Shown one piece after another: positions 11,705 through 34,700 of a stretch of DNA of 64,000 nt. Source of the DNA: Macrostomum lignano (Eukaryota). The position numbers and the translations under genes are program-made. The stretch spans positions 1 to 64,000 of the forward strand of contig NIVC01000286.1 of NCBI GenBank assembly GCA_002269645.1. The letters are read 5' to 3'. The notes under the pieces were generated by a model. The model ran no database searches and was not told the DNA's origin. It saw only the letters and a program-made list of their open reading frames with translations. Each line of letters starts with the position of its first letter. Positions within the stretch are counted from its first letter, which is position 1.

Positions 11705-13672
11705 GGCTTGAGACTAAAGGGTCTGGAATGCCAATGTTTTCATTGCTGATAGTGCTAACTGAAGTGCATCTATTTATTTTCTAGTATAACTCAAAATTTA
11801 AAATTAACATGTAAATTTAGATTAATTAGCTAAGATACATTATAATATTATTTTTGTTTTTTTGGAAAAAAATACACAACAAGATGCTCAATGACTAAAA
11901 CAGATTAAAAGTGAAGCACCTTCCTACATGTTTTAGCTTATGGAGGGAGACATTTTAATAAATCAAAATTTCGTAGACAATATAAGCAAAAATTAATCTT
12001 TATGATCACCGACTATTCCACTGACTAACTTCTTTATTTAATGTTTAATTTGAAAATTATACAACTCTTTCATGCATCAGTATAATTTCTTCCAGCCAAT
12101 AAATCTAAAATGTCAAGAAAAGTTCAAAAGAAGGATCTTACTATGCGAAACACAAGCTCATGATCTCAACCAATTAATTATCTGTGATGGACAATACATA
12201 CTGTGTACATGTATGCAAGACAGACAGAACGGGTATTAATATTATACAACCAGAACAAGTTTTATGCCACAATACAAATATTACAGAATACTACTGATCA
12301 TTTTATTAAAATGATTTTTTAGGTCTTGAACGCTTGTAAATTGTTCTAATAAATATGGCAGAAAATATAAATCTATTGATTGTAATATTGTCATCATTCT
12401 GAATTTCTAAATTAACTGGAATATAAAATAGCTTGATTTTGGTCAAACAAAAATTACTCTTGAAAATGAGGTGTTTAAAAGTAAATAAAGAGCACAAAAT
12501 GCAATGAGAGTACAAAGAGTTCAACAGAAAAAGTTTATAGGCAAAAACCAAGCATCCATCACGGCTAATTGTCGCACGATAATGCGAAAGATAATTTAAA
12601 AGAATATAAATGTCAGATGTTAAAAAATCCTTGCATACGAAGTTTACAGCTACAGTTTTTATTAAAAAATGACAATGAAATTAAAAAATTTGCAATAGTA
12701 GTGGAACTACTCATCTATTATTTTATTTATTCTTTTTAAGAAAAATATACAACAGGCTTTGTTTAAGTCGCCTTGAAAACCGTAAAAGTTAGAATAGCGA
12801 TTCTTGACACGAAAGTTTTATTAGCCAAAATTGAGTCCCGTAATATGTGATAGCTGAGTGCTTTTAATTAGTTGCAATTTTTCATTATTTCAATCGTAAT
12901 TTTCCACAAAGTACTACCTTTGAGAACAAGTCTGATTGTCTACTCGTAAATGTCCTGTCTCCAGACTTGACAGAGATGTTAAAACGAAGTCGAAGTCTTT
13001 TTCTAAGCTAAATTTAACACACCAAGTGAATTCACTTTTTACACGGATTCTCAAATTATCAAGAGACTTACAGTTTTCATGAACCATGAATATCTGAATG
13101 CAGGCGAATTCAAGGACCATGCACTGCATTCCCCCAAGGTCGTCCGTCAGCTTGGGCGAATTCCGCTTGTTTTGTAATAAATACATGTAAAAGCTGCAAA
13201 AAGTTTATGTACATGTACGAGTGCATTGGCTCCAGCAGCTGGCAGCAGACGACTGCAAGATACTTTTTGCAAGAATGATGTTAAAAAATAATTAAAATTT
13301 GAATTAACTTCTCGATTTTGAAGTCTATCAAAAGCTACAGGTGGATTTTTCATATCAATCTCGAAGTACTACATATGTTATGTGTCCAAGTATATTATTA
13401 GTTCAAATCTATAGTATTTTTTACATAAACAGGTACAATATTATTTATGTCAGTTTAAATTAAATCTGATTTACATATAAAGTTAAATCTTTTACAGCAG
13501 AGATTAAGTTACATGTAAAATAGTAGAATTCAAATATTTTGTTAATTGTAAGTAAAAAGGTACGTGTACGTGTAATTGGACGGGTACAACAGCAGGCGTT
13601 CAAAAGTACATGTGCTTCGATTGAATCTGGCATCAATCAGCACTGGAATCTTCTCAAGCTCAGCGGCTAAAG

Positions 13673-22681
<9,009 letters not shown>

Positions 22682-25600
22682 TTAGTCTGAAAATATTTTT
22701 GAGTAGCAACCTGCCTTAATGTCCTAATTATATATAATACTTCTAAACTTGGTTATAAGTAATACAGGACATTTTCTGGATAATCACTTTCAATAAATGT
22801 GAGTTTAGGCACAATTAAAAAGCCATAAATTAAAGAAAAAAAATTTCTTTGACTTTACTCTCGGAAATGATTCTACAATCATTAAAATAATTGAACAATA
22901 TTTTCTAATGAAAATGTAAATTTATTTCACCAATAAAAATGCTTAGTTAATTAATATAGCTCCTTTATTGTATTTACAAATGAAAAATATAAGCAACAAT
23001 TTGTTTCTCTGGGCTAATTATAAATAGTCTTTACTCAAATTAAAACAGCAAAACAATCAGGCAAGTTGTATGAAGAATGAACCCTAACTAATTCTATTTG
23101 ATTGTAAGTTTACAAAAAGAAATTTCTTATTTAATAATACAAACATGATCATTTTTGTTTTGTAAAATCATGTAATTATATCCCAGGAAAAATTAAACGA
23201 AAGATCCCATTCCTATATACCAAATATGCCTAAAATTTTAAGTAATTAAATATACTAATGATTGAAATAGCGAGAAGCCGGAGAATGAATAGTGTTTTGG
23301 TTTGGTTATGTCTGAAAGTGAAAAGGCTCCTAGAATACAAGTTGAACCCATTCCTTTGCTCTACCATAACTATTTTTAGGAAGTTTGTATCAAACTATTG
23401 GGCAATATATTTTTTGTAAACGTATATAAATTTGTATTATTTATTTTATTTATACTTCTTCACTTGAGTTGTATCAAAAAGAAATGTATTTGTTTAAACG
23501 GGAATTAACGTGCGATTAAATCCGTTACCTATATGCTGAATTTGCCTTGACACGCCGATGTTTCCAAAAAAGTTAATAGATAATTTTTAGGTCACAGTTT
23601 ATCTAGAACAATCTACTTATAGATTACTTTCAATTTTTTCTGAGTATAGAATGAAGAGTATCATATAACTATTTCTTGGACATCGACTGTACAAAGTACA
23701 TGATGATGATTAGCATGGGGATGGTACGAGCGTGTACCTCCCCAAGAGCATGTGTAGATGCATGCTTTGGTCATATAATTGCAAGTACATGCGCACATAG
23801 GCGATTGGTTTTTTCAGGAAAATTGTTCCCGTTAAATCAAACTTAATTATCGTAGTTATATAATCAATAATTTACTTTTATAAAATTTTAAAATATTGCT
23901 GCAGCAATATTTGCCTTTATATTGCTGCCTTTATTATGCATGCGATATATGCATATATCGGCGTCGCCTCGGTCAATAAACAAGTCACTCAAACATTTAT
24001 TGCACTAACACTGGTATAAATGGGGAATATGTGATGTATCCACCACTTAAAAGTACGAGTAGAAGCAGCGTAACAGGGAAAGCGGGGTCAAGGGGGCGCT
24101 TAGCCACCTTGCGGGGATGTGGGGGCCGAGCCCCCACATTTAAGAACGTTAAGACAATTTAAAAAAAATGATTTAATGTCTATGGTCTATAGCAGAATTT
24201 CTATACCATATTCTGCAGATTCAGACATGCGGTGAATGCGAAGGTTTTTGTCCATGGCCATAAAATGCTACTCGCAGTTACTCAGAGAAGGAAAAGAATG
24301 AGAGTTTCTTAACACATGCATGCAGAGAAAAGGTTTTGCTCAGTTTTGAAAAAAATCAAATAAATAAATATTATTGAAATATTGAAGTAATCAATAATCA
24401 ATTTATTAATCAATTTATTATCAATTTATTAAATACTCAATTTATTATTGAAATAAATTGCATTGAAATAAATGCAAATAAATGAAATTTACACAGAGAC
24501 CATAGACGTTCGCCCGGGGCAAGTGGGGGATACATAATCAGCGGTCCCAGTGCGTGACAACGATTGCCTGGCGAGCGCGGCTGTTTTTGTCCACCGGTGA
24601 ATTTTTTTTCGAACTGCTTTAATTAATCGAATAAAGTCGAATATCTTTGCCCAGGAGGACACCTCGTCGCCAGAATGATGATGAGTGGCGCAGTGGATTT
24701 GCTCATCGATTTCAACGGCCATGCTCTCCAGTTTGTAGCCGGAGCTGATGAAGACGCGAACCCGGCTGATGTAGGAGCTACTTGAGCATTCCGATCCTGA
24801 CAATTTCGTATTTCAGCGTCGCGCCGGGGGTTCGAAACGGCCTCGCTTAGCTTTGTGTGAGCAGATGTTGCTAGCATTACCGTCCAACAATGGGCCAGCG
24901 CAACAATCACCTGTGCTCCCAGAAGTGGGTATCGATTTTGGCGCTTTGGTAGCACGAGTAAACCACAGGCATTAAAATCTACTCACAAATGGCTAGGTGC
25001 AAGTTCATGATGTCGTTGTTTAGAGTCTGAATAAGAGTCGATCTCGGCACCTGTAGAAAAGTTGCATTGCATCATCAGGTGTGTATGTATTGCTAAGTTG
25101 TATGGTCTCTGCTTTTAGAAAGTATAGGAGGACTGTCGTCTGAGCTTTAATATCTGAGAATAACTGAGAAAATGCATAAAAAGTTTCTTCTCATTGAAAA
25201 GGCAAAAGGCGCTGGTTTTGGTACTGAGAAGAAAAAACAACTTAGCGGTAAACTCTCGCACCTGATTCATTTGAGGCTTGCGTGCATGAACATTGACGAT
25301 TCACAGCCAGGAACATTGAGTGTGGCACACAGAGTGCAACATGCCTAACAATTAGAAATTATCCAAGGGCTGCTGGACACTCAAGGACAAGTTGTCCTTG
25401 TGTACACTCTGTGCTCAGGCGTCACCGGAAGAACAGCCTCAGCGCTGCTTGAAGGACGATGAGGGACGATGCTGTACCATGAGAGTGCCCACGGCCGGCC
25501 CTCCTACGAATAGGTTTATAAACTTGAAAAACTTTAGCCATCAAAGCAGAGGGCAACCCTCATTATCCATGTACTCTACATGGATCGGCTGCATAATTGA

Positions 25601-27354
25601 AACTCTGACTGTTGCACCGATTGCGTAGCACACGACGCTCTTTTTCAATTTTATTCAGACCACGCGGCTCCGCGCATTCAACGCCGTGTACCGATAGGAC
25701 CATTCTGCTTATCTGTCGATGTAAAAGTACATATTTGTGGTATCGCTAGTGCATTTAGTGTGCTCTCGAGAACGCATCGCGCTACATGAAGGTTCGCCAG
25801 TAGACAAAATCGGTTGAAAAATCTCGACCAGTTGTGACCAATTTTGATCATACGAGCTATATACACAAGATGGGCCACTCATTAACCACTTATGTATCCA
25901 TAGAAACCATAGATAGAGTTAGCAATTAGATTTTAGCTCAAAAGGGATCTGCATCAAAGTACGCCGCCTCCGTCCGCCATGAGCTCAAATTGTTACATTT
26001 TTTTCTGTTCGCTCAATTTCTTTTTGTTGGGCAGGCAGTTTAAGTGAGCCAATTTACTAGAGGTTAAAAAGGTACTTTGATTGTAGAGTAATAAAGGAGA
26101 CGATGTATCTTTCCATGTATCAAGTACACGCCCTTATTTGGCCGCTCATATTGCCCCCAAGCAGACGTACGCAATAATACCCGTATGTCGGTGAGTCTTT
26201 TAGAGTTTATGAACATTTTATGGACAGAGATCCTGTGGACTGGAATTAAAGCAGACGAAGCAGACAGGGAGTCTTAAAAATTACCTGGGTTGGCAGCAAA
26301 CCGAGAGAAACCAGGGACTCCTAAAACTCTCCGGATTGGAAGCAAACCGAGAGAAGTCCGTCCAGATGAGTCGATAGATGTCTCTGACTTCTCTCGGTTT
26401 CCTTCCAGACCAGATGAGTTCTATAGGAGTCCATGGTATCTCTAGGTTTCTTTTCCAGTCCAAATGCGTTGTATGGGAGTCCATGGTTTCTGAACTCGGT
26501 TTCCTTCCAGTCCAGATGAGTTCTAGGAGTCCTTGATCTGTTAAGCTCCCCTATAATATTATTAACGATGTCAGATCTGGCTTTTATCTCTCAGCGTACC
26601 CCATTGAACAATGCGCTAAGCTGCATGACAGCAACCATATCAGGGTTGTTGGTTAGACTCAGAACGGAAAATAATTGACCGAGAATTGACCACATACAGC
26701 TAATGGCTGTACGAGCGTAGTAATCGATTCTCGCCGTAGCATAACAGCTTAATGCTCAAATACATGGACTGCAAAGTGTAGAGTTGGGGCTGGGAGTCAC
26801 TCTTCGCCCAACCCCATATGCCTGCAGACGGAGCCACTTGACTTGCAATGACGGTCAATAACCCCCCCCCCCCCCCAGGCTGCCTGGAGATACGAGGAGA
26901 GCCAAGGGATAATCTAGCTCTTAATACACAATCACAGAATTAAGCTACTTTTTATGCGTGCATATTAGACCGGGAAGTAGGCGGGATTAGAGAAGTTCTG
27001 TTATATTTCACCTTGCACTGGCACGATGGGGGCCGCGTATTGCAGTTAGCACAAGAGCCAATAGTCGATTCGCCTTGGCTGAGATGCTGGGAAGCAAATG
27101 GGCTTTCATCCTGGTGGGGCGATTTTTTTCGATAATCTCCCTCCGGGAGAATGAGGAGGCCTGCGAGCTCCTAAAAAGGCCACGGCGGTCGCCGCAGCGG
27201 ACTAAAGCAGAGCTGCGAATCATTTTTTGCATACGACGCTTCGATTATTTTCTCGCCTGGGTCATTTCCACACTGCCTTAGTTTGGCGGCTCGGACGGTT
27301 TGCAAAAGCGTAAATAATTGCGGCGGATTCACAGCTGGACCTGACTATCACGTG

Positions 27355-29351
27355 ATGATGATATTCCGATCCGGGAACCGGTCGCACGAGTGCGAGAACG
27401 CAACTAAGCACAACTCGCGTTTCCTGCAGGAAAACCCGGGCGTACGGTTCTACTACGGCCTTGTTGTCTGTCTGACCTCCAGCAACTTCCTGTTGAACCT
27501 GATCTGCTTCCTGGTATTCCGATCGATGCGTCCTAGACGTCAGTTCAACCGACTGCTCATGCTGCTGTCTCTGGTCGAAGCTGTGTTCCAGGCTGTGTTC
27601 GCCTGCAATCACGCGGTGGTGTTCTGCATGGACACCAACCACCTCACACTGCCATCGTTGGGTTCCGCTTACGCAGTGTGCGTCCTACTGATGCTGAGCC
27701 TGTGTCTGCTCACCGCTGCCCACCTCATGCGCAACTGGTGCGTGGTGCTGATCAGCTATTATCGCTGGGTTGTGGTGTCGCAGAGTCTGCCTGCGCAGGG
27801 GGTCAGCAGCGGCGATCAGGTCAACGGAAATGGCGGCGGTAGACAGAGCTTCTGGCCAACTAGTAAGCGACGAGTTCGTCAGGTTTTAGGCCTGGCAACC
27901 CTCTTGAGCGTGCTGGTGTCGGCTCCCAGGCTGTTCGAATTTCAGGTGGTGGTTTGCTCGACAAACTATCAGGTGAGTATTGTGCGGAGGAAAAAAGGTT
28001 TAAGTACTTTGTCCATTGCTATACCGCATTCAGTTCCATACTGAATTAATGCACTCTGTAGTAGCAACGCGAAGGTTGTAGCCTAGTGGTAGAGCGTCGG
28101 ACTCGCGCCATGAAAGATGAGTAAGTCACTTAACTCTGCATTGCTTCAGTTCACCCAGCTGTAAAATGGGTGCCAGCATTAGCTGGAGTAATTGAGGGTG
28201 TGTGTGGCGACCCGGTCCTTGGACTGAACAGCCTTCAGAAGCGCCGCGAAATAGCTGCGGCTGAGCTGTCGGTTGCACATCTGGTCCAATTGCGGCAGGT
28301 GCAATCAATTATGATTATTATCATTAGCAATACAAAAAATACAAATAAAAGTTCCTTATCGGCCTCCAGCTAATTTCTCAGTAACTCGAGTGAAACAACC
28401 ATGCGCCTGCAGTCCACAATGACCACAGGCACAAATGCACTAATTGTTCCGCAGCAAACAAATCACAATCAGAAGATGCAAGAAAATGATAGTATTGAAA
28501 TTACGAGCTAGTAGCTAACTACCAGTTGTCCACAACGCGCCTCAACGCGACGCTCGCCGTTTCAGGTGACGCACATCGATGGTCTGCTTGGCCAGCTGGC
28601 GGCCTATCGCATTGCCTACCTGGGATTGGTGCTCTGCGTCTTCCAGAACGTCGGGCCCATAATCTGCCTGCTGGTGTTCAGCCTCCTCCTGGTGCAGTAC
28701 CTGGTGCGGCACAGCCGACGGCGAATGTCGCTGAACCTGGAGCCGTGCGAACGCTTCCGAGCTCGCAACCGTACCGTCCTGCTGCTGTGCACCCTGTTCC
28801 TGGTCTGCGAGTGGCCCACCGTGCTCAAATCAATCGACCCGATGAATCAACGCTGGCAAGCTGTCGGTTTCACGGCCAATTTTCTCACGTGCCTGAACTC
28901 CACGTTAAACATTCTGGTGTACAACTGTGCACACGAGAAATTCACTGACGGCCTGGCGCGCCTGCTGACCAACGGACGTTCAGGCGCTACTGGTAGCAGC
29001 GGCAACTTCCGGGGCACCGGCCGCGGGTTGACAATCCGACGTCGACAAGCCAGCATCCGACGCAGCCGTCGGTGCAGCAGCGCGGCCAGCCTCGAGTACG
29101 CGGAGGCATCTCGACGAGGCCGCCGCCGGTTTACTGGCCGGCTGCGCTCGGAGCTGGAGACCACGAGGAGCTTCTGCACCACCATCGTTGGCGGCGCTGA
29201 CGCGGAAGACGCTGCAGTGACATCTGCTGCGGCGGGCCCTAGCATGACCATCGGAGTCCCGGCAACGTTCGAGCTAGGAGGAAATGAAACAGACACGGAG
29301 TTTGCCGGTCGAATTGAAATGAAAACAATTGAATCGCTTGTACGCTCGTAA
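27355..29351 (+). CDS. Class A (rhodopsin-like) 7TM receptor, peptide/FMRFamide-receptor-like orphan, 2 exons
   Basis: Exons 27355-27972 and 28566-29351, phase 0 (CAG|GTGAGT ... TTTCAG|GTG). Seven hydrophobic segments, N-terminal sequons NRS and NAT, TM3 ends ISYYRW, TM4 SAPRLFE, TM6 FLVCEWP, TM7 LNSTLNILVY. Confidence 0.85.
28076..28325 (+). mobile_element. Same SINE family, B-box region deleted, in the GPCR intron
   Basis: TAGCCTAGTGGTAGAGCGTCGGACTC head, CTCTGCATTGCTTCAGTTCACCCAGCTGTAAAATGGGTGCCAG core, CAATCAATTATGATTATT tail. Confidence 0.75.
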
Positions 29352-29527
29352 TTTCACCTCAGCACTGATCAATTGAGATTTATAGACATGCTTGTTTTAA
29401 ACAATATTACATGTACATGTACTACTAAAATTCATGTTATGTTGTACACATGTAATTGCAGCCTAGGAGGGGGTGTAGCCCCCTCACGACTTAAAGGTCG
29501 AGGAGGAACAATTTGTATCCTCTAAAG

Positions 29528-29735
29528 CAAGACGCTTAAATCTGTGTTGCTTCAGTTCACCCAGCTGTAAATATAAATGAATGCCAGCATAAGCTGGGGA
29601 TATTTAAAGAGTGCCGTGTGTGGCGACCCCCCAAGGACTGAACAGCTGAACGCAGCCTTTAGATGTGGCTAAGCTGTTCATGGTTGCACATTTGCCCGTT
29701 GGGGCTGGTGTAATCAATTATTATAATTATTATTG
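29528..29735 (+). mobile_element. Same SINE family, 5'-truncated copy
   Basis: TTGCTTCAGTTCACCCAGCTGTAAA core, GTGTGTGGCGACCC...GGACTGAACAGC body, TGTAATCAATTATTAT tail. Confidence 0.75.
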
Positions 29736-30069
29736 TGTTGTACATGTCCATGTGCATGTAAATTACTGGTACATGTACATTTATAGCACTTGGCAAATGT
29801 TGTTACACTAGTATACGCTTTTTAATTCTCCAGATTGTTCATCAGATAACGTAACAAGAAAACAATTACATGTACCTGGCATACTTTCAGCGCTATCGTG
29901 GAGAACGCATAGCCCTGAATGAGATTTTGTCATAGACAAAGTCAGTCTAGAAAAATCTACTCTCTCGATTGCTGCGTTTTTTATTTGAATTGTCAATGTA
30001 CCCATGAAATTCTGTACGTCAGCATACATGTACATGTACTTATGAAGTGCAGTGAGTATACATTTCATG

Positions 30070-30515
30070 GGTAGTGGAGTGGTGCGGGTGTGGGAGCGTT
30101 GTGGAGTGGGGTGGCTGTTGTGCAGAGGGTGTGGGAGCGTTGTGGAGTGGGGTGGCTGTTGTGCAGAGGGTGTGGGAGCGTTGCGGAGTGGGGTGGCTGT
30201 TGTGCTGAGGGTGTGGGAGCGTTGTGGAGTGGGGTGGCTGTTGTGCTGAGGGTGTGGGAGCGTTGTGGAGTGGGGTGGCTGTTGTGCTGAGGGTGTGGGA
30301 GCGTTGCGGAGTGAGGTGGCTGTTGTGCTGAGGGTGTGGGAGCGTTGTGGAGTGGGGTGGCTGTTGTGCTGAGGGTGTGGGAGCGTTGCGGAGTGGGGTG
30401 GCTGTTGTGCTGAGGGTGTGGGAGCGTTGTGGAGTGGGGTGGCTGTTGTGCTGAGGGTGTGGGAGCGTTGTGGAGTGGGGTGGCTGTTGTGCTGAGGGTG
30501 TGGGAGCGTTGCCGA
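30070..30515. repeat. 41-bp G-rich minisatellite GTGTGGGAGCGTTGTGGAGTGGGGTGGCTGTTGTGCTGAGG
   Basis: About 11 units. Confidence 0.95.
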
Positions 30516-31094
30516 GTGGGAAGGCTGGTGTGCTGCCGGCAGGTACAAGACAGAGACATATCCTACAAATCCTAATTAATTTGCATTGCAAAAAACTCAA
30601 TTTTTTAGAACTTCGTGGCTGAGAGGGCGCATAACTGTTGCATCGCAGGGGATTTAATGAACTGTAACATCGCATCCACGCTACGCGGGATAAAAAGGAT
30701 TAGAAAAACATCCATATGGCTTGTTAAATTTTGTACTGAATGCCCAGAAAAAGGCGGTCCTTCTAAATGAATGAAGCAGCACGAAATGGAATTATATTTC
30801 TTTCTGAGGTGCTGCCGATTACTCAACAGGACTCACACGGATAAAACAAGAAATAGGCACGGACTCGATGATGATTTTACACACACGAGCGCATATGGCG
30901 ACGGGATTCGAATATGGAAACGTTAATTATGAGATGGAAAAAAGTAAATTAGAGTTTAAACAGGGTAAAAATGCTGGACTCACTACTTACATGGCTAGAG
31001 AAGCGCATGTACTGTAGGTCTATGCTACTGCATGCGATTGATAGACTATAACTTGATAAGATACTTAAATAAATTCTAAGAACTCAACTATACA

Positions 31095-31615
31095 TCAACT
31101 TAGGGATCAGACTGGGGATCTAACTAGGGATCAGACTGAGGATCTTACAAGAGATCAGACTGTGGATCTAACTAGGGATCAGACTGAGGATCTAACAAGG
31201 GATCAGACTGGGGATCTAAATAAGGATCTATATAGGGATCAGACTAGGGATCTATATAGGGATCAGACTAGGGATCTAAATAGGGATCTAACAAGGGATC
31301 AGACTGGGGATCTAACAAGGAATCAGACTGGGGATCTAAATAGGGATCAGACTGGGGATCTAACAAGGGATCAGACTGGGGATCTATATAGGGATCAGAC
31401 TGGGGATCTAAATAGGGATCAGACTGGGGATCCAACTAGGAATCAGATTGGGGATCCAACTAGGAATCAGACTGGGGATCCAACTAGGAATCAGACTGGG
31501 GATCTAACTAGGAATCAGACTGGGGATCTAACTAGGAATCAGACTGGGGATCTAACTAGGAATCAGACTGGGGATCCAACTAGGGATCTAACTGGGGATT
31601 TAACTAGGGATCATA
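31095..31615. repeat. About 24-bp minisatellite GGGATCAGACTGGGGATCTAACTA
   Basis: About 21 units. Confidence 0.92.
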
Positions 31616-31719
31616 CTGATGGTGTTAAAATAAAGACCAATTAGAACCGCACGATCAGTTGCTAGAATTAAAAACAGCAGACCCAGTTCATCAATACGAA
31701 AACACACACGCACAGAGAG

Positions 31720-34700
31720 CTAAACAATGCTTCGCAAAAGTTGCATAACTTTGGCGCAACCATCGGCGGCAACAGTCGATATCTGCTGCTGGTCAGTAGT
31801 CGTCGGTATCGCAGGTTTTCGGCGCCGCCGCTTGGGACTGGCCAGCAGGACGCTGTCGCACCAAGCTTTGGTGACTTGGCCGGAGCTCCAAGGACACCAG
31901 AGCCAGTGCAGGCTGAGCAGCTCCAGCTTAGCAGCGGCGGTGGCGGGCGCTTCGCTCAGTCGGGCTCGCTTACTGGCTGGCTGTTCGGACGACTGGCTAA
32001 CAACTGCGTCGTCGCTATTGTCAGCATCATCACGTGACTGTTCAACGCCACCTTCTAATTGGTCGCCAATGTGGCTATTGGAATCATTATTAAACAGATT
32101 GCCAGTGCTGAGATTCACTTCTGATTCAGTGGACTCTTCTCCGTGTTGCTGACGCTCCTGACGATTGGCCAGCCTGACAAGATTCCACACGCCGAGGCGT
32201 CGAAGGCAAAACTGGCAGGACAGAATGCTGGGGCACTGGCTAGATTTGAAGTGTTTCAATAGTTCATCGGAATCCGGACTGGGTCTGGACCAGCCAGTGA
32301 TGGCCAGTTGAAAGCAGCGCTGACGTCTGCGAATTTGCAGTTGTTCATCGCTGCCAACTTCGCTGGAGGTGGCGGCAGCACCAGCTATGCAATTCAGGAA
32401 GTCCTCTGCAGTGTCAGCATCAACCTAAAAGGCGGGTGAATTCAGTCTGCTATCACAGATGGACTAGTTCTCTCTTCCATACTAGTCCTCTCTGCCATCT
32501 CTCCTTTCTTCCCTCTCTTCTCTCCTTTCTTCCCTCCTTTCTTCCCTCTCTCCTCTCCTTTCTTCCCTCTCTCCTCTCCTTTCTTCCCTCTCTCCTCTCC
32601 TTTCTTCCCTCTCTCCTCTCCTTTCTTCCCTCTCTTCTCTCCTCTCTTCCCTCTCTCCTCTCCTTTCTTCCCTCTCTCCTCTCCTTTCTTCCCTCTCTCC
32701 TCTCCTTTCTTCCCTCTCTCCTCTCCTTTCTTCCCTCTCTCCTCTCCTTTCTTCCCTTATACTTTGACTTTAAACTGTTTGACTGACTTCAGCTGAGATT
32801 GGCACTGGAAGATGGATTTTGACGCATAAAAACCCAGTAGAAAAAAAATAAAAAAAACTGTGGTTTGGCACGCACCCCAATGCTAAATTGCAAACTATCA
32901 TCAATTTCATTTGCAAGGCAAGACAGCGAGTCAGCGATGCTGTTTAAAATTTCAAAATCCTGAGCTGGATTGGTGAATTTTAGTACTGGCTCTGCATCTG
33001 CAATTTAAAAGTGGAAACTTAGTTCATTAGTAAGAGAAGTGCAACTTAATGAAACTTGACTGTAACTATTACTACAGTTAGTAGTATAAACCAATTGCTT
33101 ACCAATAGCAGGAAACAACTTCCATGGACACAGGTTATCATGGTTAGAAGAAAGCTTCTCAATTGCTTCTTTTAAACAGTGATTATCTAAAAGGAATAAA
33201 AAATTGACAAAACTAGAATACACATTAAAAGAAGATAAATCATAGCTTAAAGTGCTTACATAATTTTGAGTCACTTGGCAGCTTAATGCATAGGTTGTTT
33301 TTGCAAGTGACACAAACCAATAAATTTGGCTTTTTGCCAATCCAGCCATATTGGGCACAGACCAATGGGGACAGTTCAATTGGTTTAACTGACCAGGATA
33401 AACTCTAAAAAAGTTTGAATGGTTCTGTTAGTAACATCAAAGATTAGATAATTCAAAATATATCAGATACTTACTGAAAAAGTTTTAAGTCTAGCAAGTA
33501 GACCAGCCAATGTACGCTTTTTAATTATCCCTTCTGTTGAAGTCAATGGTTGAGTTGACACAAGCCTGTTTGATTGTGGATAAGAGTTATAGCAATAAAT
33601 ACAAAATATATATTGCATAGATTAAAATGTGCAGTTATTATCTGTTTTGTTGTAAGCAATGGCCAATGATTTTTTGCTATTATTAAAAAGTATTTTTTAT
33701 TTCTATTATTTTCTTGCTTACAGTGGTGCCCTATAGGAAAAAGTTGTAAAACTGCGGATGGCGTCCGGCGCACTTTTGAAATTTTTCTAAAGCGCAGTGC
33801 CCTTCCCCGCTGGCTGCTGCTCAAGCAAATAAATATACATGGAAGGGGGCCTAATACCTCTGTAGAAAGAGCCTATAAACTTGTCATTTATAATACCTAG
33901 TGATGTTCCGAAATTTCAATTTCAATTTTCCAAAATTTGAAATTTTTAAGAGCAAATTTTGATTTAAAAAAAAATTGGAAGTCAAAATTTTGAAAGTGTC
34001 TAAGTGGCTAAAAATAAACAGCGAGAAATTTCTGCTACATATACATGTATTTTGTTTTGCATAAGCAGTAAATCAAAATGTAAAAAAGTAAGTGTTAGTC
34101 ATATTAAACTTTGTTTTTCTGAATTTTGATTTTGGAAAATTTCAAGTTCAATTTCAATTTCGGAAAGTTATCGAATTTCAATTTCGACAGATTGAAATGG
34201 ACGATTTCATCAATTGCAATGGAACATCTCTAATAATGCTAAAGCGCGATAAAATAATTTGACTCTACTCTAAAGTGCACGTCTGCAGGTTTTCAACTTT
34301 TTATTCCAATAGGGCAGTGGTGCAGCTAGGGGATGGGGGAGGCCCACCTCCCCACTAAAAATTATAAAGAAAAAATTACCCTTTCCCTTGAAATTCTAAA
34401 GAAAAAATCTCTTCTTCTCCCCTATACCCTCTCCAGATGCTAAATGACCATGGTTTAGACTATGTAGTAGTGTTCACTGGGTCTGGTGAGGGAAAAAGTA
34501 TAGGACATTTTTATATTAGGACTACGAGTAACATCCAGTTGGACTTATCAATGAATTTTTCAGTCTTGAATTTATTCTATTATTTATGCAAAGTAACAAA
34601 CTTAACTATGCACTTTTGCAATGTGCACTGAGAAAAAGAGAATAATTAAAAGTACTTCAAATACTTTCTTTTTGTTAAAAGTTTTAGGGCATGATTAAAA

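Noticed and set aside
12914-13353. ORFs between LRRC43 and EFCAB6-like genes
   Set aside because: Splice-like signals exist but phases do not join and no homology is recognisable; possibly UTR.
24745-24775. CTGATGA as a hammerhead ribozyme core
   Set aside because: No stem II followed by GAAA, and no flanking helices found.
24790-25050. Split TGA codon at a hypothetical junction read as selenocysteine
   Set aside because: The junction is unsupported, there is no redox motif and no SECIS was identified.
33543-33824. ORF 33543-33824 as the ZC3HC1-like first exon
   Set aside because: Its donor is phase 1 in that frame while the next exon needs phase 2; 38009-37924 fits instead.
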